64,000 nucleotides of DNA from an uncultured virus (IMG/VR IMGVR_UViG_3300029305_001816) (lineage: Duplodnaviria > Heunggongvirae > Uroviricota > Caudoviricetes). The notes beneath the pieces were generated by a model. It saw only the letters and a list, made by a program, of their open reading frames with translations. It made no database searches and was not told the origin of the DNA. Position numbers and translations under genes: made by a program. The stretch is from IMG/VR virus record IMGVR_UViG_3300029305_001816, positions 1 through 64,000 of that record; one strand, given 5' to 3'. Below, piece by piece: positions 39,401 to 48,951 of the stretch. Within the stretch, counting starts at the first letter, position 1. Every line of letters starts with the position of its first letter.

Positions 39401-42400
39401 TATTTTGAATAACTTTATTGCCGACGCTCGCAATGCGGAAGAAATGGTTTCTCGTTATGACCGTAACCAGATTTATGACGAGAACAGTCAGTTAGACCCT
39501 GATGTTCTTGCAGAAAAATGTCCTTGGTTAAGAGTATATAAACTTTCTGCTCCTTATTTTACGAATAATAAGAGCGATAAAGTTCCTCATACTACTATTC
39601 AGCAGATTTATAAAGATGGAGACCCTATTTTAGATAACTGGACTTGTTATGATTGTTCTCATAGTGGTCAGGGTACTAGCTCTAACAACTACGGTCTTGC
39701 TGGTCGAAATCTTGATTTTATTATGAATAAATCTCAAATTGAGGGAGTTGAGCCATACTTTATTCTTGGAGATGGAAGTAGGGCTACTGAGATTACACAG
39801 ACTCGTACGTCTGTTCCTGTTGCGTATTTGAATGCAAAAGTAAATATAGCTTCTGCAAACAATATGACCAATGCTATGTTGGCGAATCGATATAATAAAT
39901 TCAATCCATATAATAGACCTTTTGTTAGAACAGCAAGTTTGTCAGACGTATATACAGATGAAGAAATTGCTGCAATGACAGAAGACGAACAGGCTAGTGC
40001 TTTGGCAGAACTTCAGGCTGTAGTAGACGCTGAAACTGCTTATGTCAAAGATACTATGGAGTTCTATAACTGTGTAATTTTCGTTCAAGAAACAAACGAA
40101 GATTTATCAACTCATAGAGAGTTTAATGATACAAATTATCATCTATACGCTATTGGTAACATAGGCGACTCGAAGAAGACAGATAAAACTCGTTTAACAG
40201 ATATGGACGACCCATATGAATGTTGTATCGAAATCATGGATGTTAACCTTCCCCTTTCTGACTTCCCTAAAGACACAATGATGAATGCAATGGGATATGT
40301 AGAAGACGAAGTTACACATGAAATTACATATACATGGGCAAAAGATGAAAATCTTGGTATTCTTTATGAATTGATTGATGGCAAATATGTTTTGACATCT
40401 GATACCACAATTGATTTAACCAAGACTTATTATGTTGATATCCTTGAACATGACGACTTTAGTGAAGATTACACATATGGTTGGAGATATATTTCCGATG
40501 ATGAAGATGAAGAAATCGTAAATTATTGTCATCAAAAGTGGATTGAGTTTTATAGATTTGTAACAACTTCTACCGATGAAGAATTCAAAACAAATCTCAA
40601 AGATTATTTTGTTGTTGATTCTGCCTTGTATTATTACTTGTTTACGACAAGATATTGCCAAGTCGATAATAGGGCCAAGAATTCATTTTGGCATTATGGC
40701 TGGACTGGCGAATACGACACGGATGGAAATAAGATTCGCAAGTTTGACCTTGCGTGGGGATATGATATGGACACTAGCTTGGGTCTTAACAACTACGGTC
40801 TTATGGCTTATCGTTATGGTCTTGAAGATACGGATGTTGATGAAAAGGGCGAAGAAATATTCAGAGAAATGGATAGCACATTCTTCTGTCGTATCCGTGA
40901 TTTATTCCCAAATGAACTCAAGACGATGTACAATACTTTGGAATCTCAGAATGCATGGCACGCAGAAAGCTTCATTAATGACGCAGACGCATGGCAAGAA
41001 CAATTTCCAGAAGAATTGTGGAGATTAGATATTGAGCGCAAGTACATTCGTCCATATGGTTCTGCCTCTACCACTCAGAGTGCAACCACAGACAATGCGA
41101 TTGCAAAAGATAAGGACGCACAATTCCTTGTTAACATGGCTAATGGCAGAATGAAATACCATCGTAGACAATGGGAAAGAAATCAAGAGAAGTACATGGC
41201 ATCAAAATATCAGAGTTCTATCGCTGCTAATGATAATGCTGTATTAAGATGTTCTGCTCCCGATGGTGAGTTGGTAGTTCCAAAGAATTATAAGTTGAAA
41301 CTTACTCCTTATGGATATATGTACTTAAATGTGCAATATAGTACAGGTGCTCCTATTCAGGTTAAGGGTTATCCAAATGTAGAAGTTGAAATTCCGTTTA
41401 CTGGCGATGCAACTGATATTATTAGCGTTTATAGTGCATCTTTTTTGAAGTCTCTCGGAGATTTGTCCACTTGTTATCCGACAACTGTTGATGCTGGCAA
41501 AGCAACAAAGTTAAAAGAGTTGATTATCGGTAATGAAACTGAAGGATATGACAACCCATATTTAACAACTTTAACGACTGGTGCAAACTATTTGTTAGAA
41601 AAATTAAATGTTGAAAATGTATCTGGGTTAACACAGTCTCTGAATTTATCGCTCTTAAATAACCTTGAAGAATTGTATGCACATGGTTCAAATATTACTG
41701 GTGTTACATTCGCTGATGGTGGCAATATCGAAATTGCCGAACTGCCAGCTATTAATGCTATGACGATGAAGAATTTGATTTATTTAACTACTTTGGATGT
41801 TACTTCGTTTGATAAGCTAACTACTCTTACTGTTGAAAATTGCAACACTGTTGATTTAGTTGCAATACTTGAAGCTGCTCCTAATTTGAATCGTGTAAGA
41901 ATTGTTGGCATTGATTGGGTTCTTAAAGACACTTCTTTGTTAGAACAGCTTTATAAGATGTCTGGTATTGACAAGAATGGTTATAACACAGACAAATCTG
42001 TATTGACTGGCAAGATTCATGTTCCTGTTATTAAACAGCAACAGCTATATGAATATCAAAAAGTATGGACTGATTTGGAAATTATCGCCAATACAATAAT
42101 TGAACAATTCGCAGTGACTTTCATGAATGCTGACGGGACTGTTTTGGAAGTTCAATATATAGACAAGGGTGAAGATGCAGTTGACCCAACAAAGAGAACT
42201 GACAATCCTCTATCTCCTACTATTGCAAGTACAATTAGTCATGATTTTACATTTGCAGGTTGGGACAGTAGTTTGTTAGATATCTTTAGTGAGAGGACGA
42301 TTACTGCCACATATACTGAATCTCTTAGAAGCTATACTATCAAGTATGTTTCTAAGGGCGTAACCATGCAAGAATCTACTGGTCTATACGGAGAGAACAT

Positions 42401-43778
42401 TTCTTACACTGGTGTAGACCCCACTTATACTGCCGAAGAAGGCGGTTATGTTTATTATTTGTTTAATAGATGGGATAAGTCTGGCTTTATTGACGGCGAA
42501 AAGATTGTTAATGCAATTTTCGACAGATTTGAGTATACTGCTACCTCTTTCGATGGCAAAGAGTTAGCAGACCTTTCTCCAGTTGAAATTTATGCTATGA
42601 ACAAGCTTGGCCTTGCAGAAAGTATTATCACCAATAAAGACCCTTATACAATTATTGTAGGCAACGACGTTGATTATGATGATATTGATTCCGAATTATT
42701 GATTTCTGAAAAGACATCTTTTGATGGAACTAACTATATTGATACTGGCATTCAGTTGTTTGATGTAGATAAAGATTTTGTGTTGGCTATGGACTATGAG
42801 TTCTTGTCAGGTAATACAGCTAATGCAGTATTGGCACAGTGCTTCCAAGCAAATGGTACTAATGGCTTTAAGCTTTGGTATAGTAATGGAGCAAGATTAA
42901 CTTGGGGTACATCTTATGACAATGTTGTCGAAGTTAATAAGCGTGAAATTCTGGTTGTTCGCCATAAGAAAGGCGATAATAATTTGTATATTTACAAGTC
43001 TAATCTTGATGGTGATGAAGTTTTGACTGTCGAATTAACGAGAACTAAAACAACTATTGGTACAAGTACTTTAGTGTTTGGTTGCGCCAAAGCAGATGAC
43101 GGTTATTATGAAAATCATGCCATTGGTAATATTAATTGGGCTAAAGTTTGGTATGCTGATTTGGGAGACGACGTTTGTAAGGATTTGGCTATATGGACAC
43201 ATGAATTTATTACCTTGGAAGCTTGTGGTTTTAGAAAGTATTATTTGAGTGATAATACCTCTAAAAGATGTTCTTTTAGTCTTCTCGCTTCTCACTTGCT
43301 AGGAAGAACTAAAATGTGGAATGCTACAAACATTAATGATGGTGGTTGGGCTGCTTCTACATTAAATAAGTCTTTAAATACAAGATTATATAATGCTATG
43401 CCAACACAGATTAGAGCACTGATGAAACAAGTAATTGTTTATTCTAATGACGGCTTAGAGAACACTGCTGTTACACCAACAACGTATTACAAAGAAGTTA
43501 CTCCCTCTAACTGTTATATCACAATTCCTGCTCTTATTGAAGTAGACCCAACTCAGACTTCTGAGCCATATAACAGCGAAGGTATTTCTATTTCTTATTT
43601 GAGTACGAACGAATCAAGAAAGAGAACTTTCGATAACGGTGATTATAATGCTTATTGGTTAAGGTCTCCCAATGCTGCTTATGCACATTATATTTGGCGA
43701 GTAGACGAGAATGGTCAAACTCAAGGCATTACAAACGCACAGACTCCTTTGGGCGTTTTGATTGAGTTGTCTTTCTAA
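36498..43778 (+). CDS. Giant (2426 aa) multidomain tail/receptor-binding protein
   Basis: BppU-like N-terminus, YATxxYVD fibre repeats, Ig/lectin-like domains, CotH-kinase-like motifs (VDNRAKN, YDMDTSLG), leucine-rich repeats, B-repeat, C-terminal YWLRSP C-lectin-like domain. Confidence 0.75.
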   Translation: MALSFADSLKNHTEPLTIESEPVIADTSLMTLEEDYGFEAYSGDDGNWQQHTDYVRYYSFSDDNISVINDNKDIALNEKQFNITQEENSQYIPFEMNRYYDGFDLVSTVLSVHYVTKNGRHGSAKPVNVTFNDKKIRFGWLVDAGATVDAGTLEFEIHAYGSVTGSDGVARGYVWKTKSNKKLNVLQSLCDCEEVVNNIDDSWMQELVTDIAKKVADEIKDVAVGEQVEAAEKAAAEAEQFASDAKLYASNASSAAVDAVNVVLKKYATTDYVDKAVAGVDVTEQLASYVKTSDLEANYYTKTDTEQRVTNILEGYATKDDVANAIDSAELDNYYKKDETYSKAEVDEKVSNVKVDLTGYATETYVDNKTGILSSSISTNAENVSKLSTTVGNLQNTVNSIDTSPRLTYDVAYNDTEDADVGENVFVFYEIENEGKENEVREAKKKFTITGGSGGGGTSSSLKIGYVTTSPLVVTIDDKAIIKYTFSGTDSSGDAVPEGTATWKVAGRIVATNTAINGENSFDVTDYLSVGTQKVNLSIVDEAGSLVTKTWTVQKIDVRLESTFNDKLTYPMGKVSFDYTPYGAISKDIHFVLDGKEIGKVTTSSSGIPMAYEIPAQTHGAHLLEVYMTAEVNGNTLGVEEIIDEESGEIVGYNHTIKIVKDIIWYDSTSTVPVISTVYQSFTARQYDATNIEYTVYDPTTETPTVEIAVDGEVVSTPTLSEATNVYAFKTDVVGEHTITITCGETVKTLIATVEKLDIEVSPVTAGLVFDFNPTGYSNNDADRVWTNGTVSMAVSDNFDWVNGGYQIDGNGDQYFCIKAGTSATIDYQLFADDAKQFGKEFKLVFKTTNVASSDATFLHCMDNTTGDNHIGIQMDVQEANIYAQSGCLNLPYSEDDVIEFEFNISKNTETIPMISGYEDGVSTRHFVYDDSHNFTQTNKKIISLGSTDCDLHIYRFKVYNTSLTDRGILNNFIADARNAEEMVSRYDRNQIYDENSQLDPDVLAEKCPWLRVYKLSAPYFTNNKSDKVPHTTIQQIYKDGDPILDNWTCYDCSHSGQGTSSNNYGLAGRNLDFIMNKSQIEGVEPYFILGDGSRATEITQTRTSVPVAYLNAKVNIASANNMTNAMLANRYNKFNPYNRPFVRTASLSDVYTDEEIAAMTEDEQASALAELQAVVDAETAYVKDTMEFYNCVIFVQETNEDLSTHREFNDTNYHLYAIGNIGDSKKTDKTRLTDMDDPYECCIEIMDVNLPLSDFPKDTMMNAMGYVEDEVTHEITYTWAKDENLGILYELIDGKYVLTSDTTIDLTKTYYVDILEHDDFSEDYTYGWRYISDDEDEEIVNYCHQKWIEFYRFVTTSTDEEFKTNLKDYFVVDSALYYYLFTTRYCQVDNRAKNSFWHYGWTGEYDTDGNKIRKFDLAWGYDMDTSLGLNNYGLMAYRYGLEDTDVDEKGEEIFREMDSTFFCRIRDLFPNELKTMYNTLESQNAWHAESFINDADAWQEQFPEELWRLDIERKYIRPYGSASTTQSATTDNAIAKDKDAQFLVNMANGRMKYHRRQWERNQEKYMASKYQSSIAANDNAVLRCSAPDGELVVPKNYKLKLTPYGYMYLNVQYSTGAPIQVKGYPNVEVEIPFTGDATDIISVYSASFLKSLGDLSTCYPTTVDAGKATKLKELIIGNETEGYDNPYLTTLTTGANYLLEKLNVENVSGLTQSLNLSLLNNLEELYAHGSNITGVTFADGGNIEIAELPAINAMTMKNLIYLTTLDVTSFDKLTTLTVENCNTVDLVAILEAAPNLNRVRIVGIDWVLKDTSLLEQLYKMSGIDKNGYNTDKSVLTGKIHVPVIKQQQLYEYQKVWTDLEIIANTIIEQFAVTFMNADGTVLEVQYIDKGEDAVDPTKRTDNPLSPTIASTISHDFTFAGWDSSLLDIFSERTITATYTESLRSYTIKYVSKGVTMQESTGLYGENISYTGVDPTYTAEEGGYVYYLFNRWDKSGFIDGEKIVNAIFDRFEYTATSFDGKELADLSPVEIYAMNKLGLAESIITNKDPYTIIVGNDVDYDDIDSELLISEKTSFDGTNYIDTGIQLFDVDKDFVLAMDYEFLSGNTANAVLAQCFQANGTNGFKLWYSNGARLTWGTSYDNVVEVNKREILVVRHKKGDNNLYIYKSNLDGDEVLTVELTRTKTTIGTSTLVFGCAKADDGYYENHAIGNINWAKVWYADLGDDVCKDLAIWTHEFITLEACGFRKYYLSDNTSKRCSFSLLASHLLGRTKMWNATNINDGGWAASTLNKSLNTRLYNAMPTQIRALMKQVIVYSNDGLENTAVTPTTYYKEVTPSNCYITIPALIEVDPTQTSEPYNSEGISISYLSTNESRKRTFDNGDYNAYWLRSPNAAYAHYIWRVDENGQTQGITNAQTPLGVLIELSF

Positions 43779-43795
43779 CATTTTAGGCAATAGAT

Positions 43796-43828
43796 GGAGA
43801 GAGAATTAAGTTCTCTCTCCTCTTTTTT
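43796..43828 (+). terminator. Intrinsic terminator
   Basis: ggagagagaa-ttaag-ttctctctcc followed by tctttttt. Confidence 0.75.
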
Positions 43829-43841
43829 GTGAGGTATAAAT

Positions 43842-44156
43842 ATGTATTATAAGGTTTTAAAAAATAATAAGGTAATAGATGTTTTGGATAACCTCATTTA
43901 TCTAAAATGGGAGCCAAAACATAAAATCATGGTTTTAAGTGATATTAACGAGGCACAGGCCATTCTTTCTTCTGACCAGAATGATATTTGGCATGAGAGA
44001 ACTTTATATAATGTACCTGTTGATGGATATGAAACTGTGGACATTGAAGAAATCGATAAACATGAATATAAGCAATTAAAGATGCTGAATTTATCTACAC
44101 CAGAAGAGATTATTGACAATTTTGTTCTTTCTCTCCTTGAAAATAAAATTATTTAA
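43842..44156 (+). CDS. Putative fibre chaperone (XkdW-like position)
   Basis: 104 aa, follows the giant adhesin and precedes an XkdX-like ORF. Confidence 0.55.
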   Translation: MYYKVLKNNKVIDVLDNLIYLKWEPKHKIMVLSDINEAQAILSSDQNDIWHERTLYNVPVDGYETVDIEEIDKHEYKQLKMLNLSTPEEIIDNFVLSLLENKII

Positions 44157-44167
44157 GGAGGATACAT

Positions 44168-44299
44168 ATGAATGTTTTTATTGAGTCATTAAAACGTCTG
44201 TATTCCAATGGTAAACTTAGTACTGAAAAAGTTATAGAATTATTTGAAAGTGGAAAGATTTCAGAACAAGAAAAGTGGGAAATTTTAAACGCCCATTAA
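44168..44299 (+). CDS. XkdX-like small protein (43 aa, not in ORF track)
   Basis: RBS AAGGAGG; MNVFIESLKRLYSNGKLSTEKVIELFESGKISEQEKWEILNAH*. Confidence 0.75.
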   Translation: MNVFIESLKRLYSNGKLSTEKVIELFESGKISEQEKWEILNAH

Positions 44300-44366
44300 T
44301 GGGACTTTGATGCAAAAGTGTCAAAGTTTTTATATATAAATATTTTTATAAAAGGAGGAAACGAAT

Positions 44367-45263
44367 ATGGCTGAAAGAGCTAAACATGCTCATGGTAGCA
44401 GAAAAAATTTAGAAGCAGCAATTGCTTCTAAGGCTATTGATGCGTTTGATGTCTTGTTTCTAAGCGGTGAAGACGAAAATCCTGCCATGGGATGGTTGGA
44501 TAAAAACGGAAACCCAATTATTTTATCTCCTGCGGATGAAGTAGCCGAATTAAAAACTCAGGTCGAAACTACAATTGCTGGCAAAGCTGATGCTGCTGTG
44601 GTTGAAGAAATCAAGACAGAAATGGCAACTAAGGTCACTGCCGAGGAAGTCGATGCAAAGGTTGAAGCAGCGGTTGAGAATGCTGTTGCTGAAATTGGGA
44701 ACACTCCTGAGAAGGTTGAGTATGAAATCACTGATGTTCCTGTTGGTACACTAGTAGACTATCGTGAGGAAGAAATCAGAATCATGATTCCTCATGATTT
44801 CCAGTACATGAAGCAGAATGTTGGTGCTGGTGGAGACCCCAATACTTATTATATAACCTTTAAGAGCTATGTTCCAAGCGATGCTGTTACTGGCTACAAG
44901 AAAGATTTGGGTGGTAAAGCCGACACTGAAATCAAAACAGAGTTATGCACTGATAGCTATGGTCGCAGATACAAGGTAATTTGGTTGAATGTGGCTGTTT
45001 ATGATGAGAACACTGATACATGGTCTTATTTTGGTAAGGGTTCTACCAAGGAGCACATGATTGGATGGGATTACAAAATCGACTGGTACAATGCTGATGG
45101 TGTTGTGATTGCATCTGATAGCATTAGAATTAACCTGTCCAATGAAGATTGCCACTCTGTTGTCGAACCTTATTATGTCGGTAAGGTGATGACTGAAGTT
45201 GATGAAAAGATTGCTAAGGCAGTTGAAGAAGCTGTTGGTGTAGTAGAGATTGTTGAATTCTAA
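44367..45263 (+). CDS. Tail appendage-associated structural protein
   Basis: 298 aa, strong RBS AAAGGAGG, ends IVEF. Confidence 0.6.
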   Translation: MAERAKHAHGSRKNLEAAIASKAIDAFDVLFLSGEDENPAMGWLDKNGNPIILSPADEVAELKTQVETTIAGKADAAVVEEIKTEMATKVTAEEVDAKVEAAVENAVAEIGNTPEKVEYEITDVPVGTLVDYREEEIRIMIPHDFQYMKQNVGAGGDPNTYYITFKSYVPSDAVTGYKKDLGGKADTEIKTELCTDSYGRRYKVIWLNVAVYDENTDTWSYFGKGSTKEHMIGWDYKIDWYNADGVVIASDSIRINLSNEDCHSVVEPYYVGKVMTEVDEKIAKAVEEAVGVVEIVEF

Positions 45264-45289
45264 GATGTCCTAATTGATGGAGGTGTGAC

Positions 45290-45796
45290 ATGGCGGATAC
45301 AACTACTAAACAAGTTATGTCCTTGGTGGCAACTTCCTCCTCTCGAATAAGAGAGCTTCTGATTAAAGACGGACAACTGATTTTTATTCAGGACTTAGGG
45401 CGAATCGCCTTTGACTTTAAAGGTCAAAGAGTTTTTTATAATCAGATTGTCGAATTAGAATCTGAAGCCGAGAGATGGGCTTTGGAGAATCCTCTTGGTG
45501 GTTATTATTTTGTTATTGGTTCTGCGTGTCTTTGGTTTTATAAAGAAGACAAAAAAGAGTGGATTCAGATTACAGAAAAGCCCCAAGAGATTTTGTTCGT
45601 GGGAGTGGAGCTTCCAGAACTAGGACAAGAAGGAACCTTGTATGTAGACAAGGATGATAAAGAAATTTCTGTATGGGATGAAGAAACTGGTGAGTATATC
45701 ACAGTTGCTAATTACATTGGAGAAGTTTCTACTGAAGATATCGAAGGTTTGTTCAAAGTTTCTACAAGCGAAGGCGAAAACAAAACTGAGAACTAA
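45290..45796 (+). CDS. Tail fibre-associated protein
   Basis: 168 aa; LPELGQEGTLYV and EVSTEDIEGLF motifs. Confidence 0.6.
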   Translation: MADTTTKQVMSLVATSSSRIRELLIKDGQLIFIQDLGRIAFDFKGQRVFYNQIVELESEAERWALENPLGGYYFVIGSACLWFYKEDKKEWIQITEKPQEILFVGVELPELGQEGTLYVDKDDKEISVWDEETGEYITVANYIGEVSTEDIEGLFKVSTSEGENKTEN

Positions 45797-45888
45797 TTAA
45801 ATTAATGTTTATTATTTTTTGTTAATAAACACCGTATTAAAACGGTGATTTTATTATCTTTATTAAATTTGCAAATTAAAAGGAGATT

Positions 45889-47349
45889 ATGATTATGCCT
45901 AATACTAAGAAATATGTTTCTCTTGCTAAACTGACTAAGTACGACGAGCTGTTGAAGGCTAAGATGGCTGCGGATGATGCTAAGGTGCTGTCCGATGCAA
46001 AGAGCTTTGCCGAGGGTCTGGCTGGTAATTACGAAGCTGCTGGCGCTGTTGCTACTGCAAAGACTGAGCTTCAGGGCAATATCAACGCTCTGGCTAATGG
46101 CGCTGTCAAGCAAAATACCGATGCCATTGCTAAGTTGAATGGTGATGCTACAACTGATGGTTCTGTTGCTAAGGCCGTTGCTGATGCAAAGGCTCTGGTC
46201 GATGCAGATGTAGACGCTGTTGAGTCTGTTGCCAACCAGAATAAAACTGACATTGCCGCTATTAATAATACTGAAACTGGCATTCTGGCTCAGGCTAAGA
46301 AGTTTGCTTCTGATGAGGATGCAAAGGTTCAGGCTAATGTCGATAAGCTGAGCGAGTATGTTGGCACTATCCCCGAAGGCGCTACCGCTACAGATGTTGT
46401 TGGTTATGTTGTTGAGCGTACCAGCGGTATTGCTACAAATACTGCACTTGCCGAGCTTCAGGCTGCTGTTGATGCCAACAAGGAAGACATTTCTGGCCTG
46501 AAGACCAAGGATGGTGAGCTGGTTGCTAAGGATGAAGAGCTGGCTCAGGCTATTGCCGCTGTGAAGGAAGATGTCGATGCTTTCTTTGCAGATGCCGATA
46601 TGACTGAATCCGCTAAAGACACTCTGAAGGAGCTTCAGACCTACATCGCTTCCGACGAGACTGCTGCTTCTCAGATGGCTGCTTCCATCAAGGCAAACTC
46701 TGATGCAATCAGTGCTCTTGAGACTGCTGGTGTTACTCAGGACGAAAAGATTGCCGCTCTGGAAGCTAAGTTTGGCGAAGGTGACGGTTCTGTTGAGGAT
46801 ATGATTGCTGCCGCTAAGCAGGAAGCAGTAGATACTGCCGCTGCTGATGCTACAACTAAGGCAAATCAGGCACTGACTGATTCTAAAGCATATACTGATA
46901 CTGAAGTTGGCAAGGATAGAACTCGTCTGGATGCTTTGGAAGCTGTTACTCACTCTCATGCTAACAAGGCTGAGCTTGACCTGATTGCTACTGGCGATAA
47001 GGCTAAGTGGGATGACGCTGCTGCTAAGGCTCACGAGCATGGCAACAAGGATGTTCTGGATGGCATTACCGCTACTAAGATTTCTGCTTGGGATGCTGCT
47101 GAGGCTAATGCAATCGCAAAGGCTAACGAGCTGAATACCGCTATGACCACTAAGGTTGATGACGCTATCACTCGTATTGGTGCTAACGAGACTGCAATTT
47201 CTGGTCTTCAGACTTCCGTTGCTGGTAAGGCTGCTCAGGCTGACCTCGATGCTGCTGTGGCTCGTATTGCCGCAAATGAGTCTGCGATTGCATCTTTTGT
47301 GGAAGTGAGCGAATCTGAGATTAACGCTTTGTTTGGCATTACAGTTTAA
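45889..47349 (+). CDS. Abundant Ala-rich coiled-coil fibre/whisker protein
   Basis: 486 aa, DTLKELQTYI and HSHANK fibre motifs, codon bias like the major tail gene. Confidence 0.7.
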   Translation: MIMPNTKKYVSLAKLTKYDELLKAKMAADDAKVLSDAKSFAEGLAGNYEAAGAVATAKTELQGNINALANGAVKQNTDAIAKLNGDATTDGSVAKAVADAKALVDADVDAVESVANQNKTDIAAINNTETGILAQAKKFASDEDAKVQANVDKLSEYVGTIPEGATATDVVGYVVERTSGIATNTALAELQAAVDANKEDISGLKTKDGELVAKDEELAQAIAAVKEDVDAFFADADMTESAKDTLKELQTYIASDETAASQMAASIKANSDAISALETAGVTQDEKIAALEAKFGEGDGSVEDMIAAAKQEAVDTAAADATTKANQALTDSKAYTDTEVGKDRTRLDALEAVTHSHANKAELDLIATGDKAKWDDAAAKAHEHGNKDVLDGITATKISAWDAAEANAIAKANELNTAMTTKVDDAITRIGANETAISGLQTSVAGKAAQADLDAAVARIAANESAIASFVEVSESEINALFGITV

Positions 47350-47391
47350 TAATAAATTATTTACAATTTCTTAATAAATAAAGTTATATAA

Positions 47392-47420
47392 AAGGGAGAG
47401 GGTGACCTCTCCCTTAATTT
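47392..47420 (+). terminator. Hairpin after the fibre gene, preceded by a half TATAAC-N7-GTTATA element (47370-47388)
   Basis: aagggagagg-gtga-cctctccctt; weak U tract. Confidence 0.6.
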
Positions 47421-47516
47421 AATTAAACAACAATTAATTGTACACATTGCGCAAGTGTACAAAGATTGAACTGAACAAACTAATAAATTATATTTTGAAA
47501 GGAGATGCTTTTCAAA

Positions 47517-48848
47517 ATGGCACAGAAAAAATACGCAAGTCTTTCTACCTTGCAAACATTTTTAGAAAAATTAAAAAATCTGTTTGCAACAAAGACAGAA
47601 CTCGATAGCAAGGCAAATTCATCTCACACTCACACTATTGCCAATGTGACAAATCTTCAGACTACACTAGACGGCAAAGTTCCTACTTCTCGCACTATTA
47701 ACAGCAAGCCGCTTTCTGATGATATTACTCTCACCGCTTCTGATGTCGGCCTTGGCAATGTAAACAACACGAGCGATGCTAACAAGCCTGTTTCTACAGC
47801 GCAGCAAACGGCTATTAACACTTCTCTTGCAACTGCAAAAGAATACACAGATACAAAAGTTGCCGCTCTTGTCAATGGCGCACCTGAAACTTTAAACACC
47901 TTAGATGAACTTGCCGCAGCCCTTAATGATAATGCTGATATTGTTGATGTGTTAAATGATTCTATCGCAACAAAAGCAAATGCGTCTGATTTAACTGCTC
48001 ATACTGGCGATACAGCAATTCATGTGACTTCCACTGATAAATCTAATTGGAATACGGCATATACGCATTCTCAAGCTGCTCATGCTAGAACAGATGCGAC
48101 TAAGGTAGCCGACTCTACAACTAATGGTAATATTCTTATCAACGGCACAGAAACCAATGTTTATACCCTCCCTTCCGCTGGTTCTGAGTTGGGCGGCGTT
48201 AAGTCTGGCGGTGACGTAACCATTTCTGGTGGAGTAATTACTGTAAATGATGATTCTCATAATCATACTATCGCAAATATTGATAACTTACAAAATACAC
48301 TGGATTCAATGCAGAACGATATTGATGGTAAAGCCGCAAGTGGTCATACCCATAACTATGCTGGTTCTTCTTCTGTTGGTGGAGCGGCTACTTCTGCAAA
48401 TAAGCTAAATGTCAATGATGGTTCTGCAATTCAACCTGTGTATTTTGCAAATGGTATACCTGTCAAAACAACTTATACGCTTGAAAAATCCGTTCCAAGT
48501 GATGCGTTGTTTACAGATACAAACACCCATTATGCTACAGGCATTACTGCTGGCGCATCTGGCACAACAACAAATGCCGCAACAGCTAATCCTTATGTAA
48601 AAATCAAAGATGACAGTACTCATAGAAGTCAAATTCGTTTTGTTGGTAGTGGCGCTACAACTGTGTCTAGTGATGCAAGTGGTAATATCACTATTTCTTC
48701 TACTGATAATAATACAACTTATAAAGCTGCTGGTTCTTCACTTGGCCTTGTTAAAACTGGTGGCGATGTAACAATTAGTTCTGGTGTAATTACTGTTAAC
48801 GATATAGAACTAATTACAGTTGAAGATATTGACGAAATTTGCAGCTAA
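47517..48848 (+). CDS. Tail fibre protein
   Basis: APETLNTLDELAAAL, DVGLGNVNNTSDANKPVS, LGGVKSGG and HxH motifs; ATG 47517 fits RBS AAGGAG. Confidence 0.8.
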   Translation: MAQKKYASLSTLQTFLEKLKNLFATKTELDSKANSSHTHTIANVTNLQTTLDGKVPTSRTINSKPLSDDITLTASDVGLGNVNNTSDANKPVSTAQQTAINTSLATAKEYTDTKVAALVNGAPETLNTLDELAAALNDNADIVDVLNDSIATKANASDLTAHTGDTAIHVTSTDKSNWNTAYTHSQAAHARTDATKVADSTTNGNILINGTETNVYTLPSAGSELGGVKSGGDVTISGGVITVNDDSHNHTIANIDNLQNTLDSMQNDIDGKAASGHTHNYAGSSSVGGAATSANKLNVNDGSAIQPVYFANGIPVKTTYTLEKSVPSDALFTDTNTHYATGITAGASGTTTNAATANPYVKIKDDSTHRSQIRFVGSGATTVSSDASGNITISSTDNNTTYKAAGSSLGLVKTGGDVTISSGVITVNDIELITVEDIDEICS

Positions 48849-48951
48849 CTAATTAGACGGTAACAAGAACCGATAATAAGAACAATGATAATAATGTAAT
48901 GCAATATAAAACAAAATAAAAAATATGTCGGATTTTAAAGGAGGACATTTT

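Noticed and set aside
45802..47040. 412-aa minus-strand ORF
   Set aside because: Antisense shadow of the strongly codon-biased fibre gene; Ser/Leu/Ile-rich with no recognisable motifs
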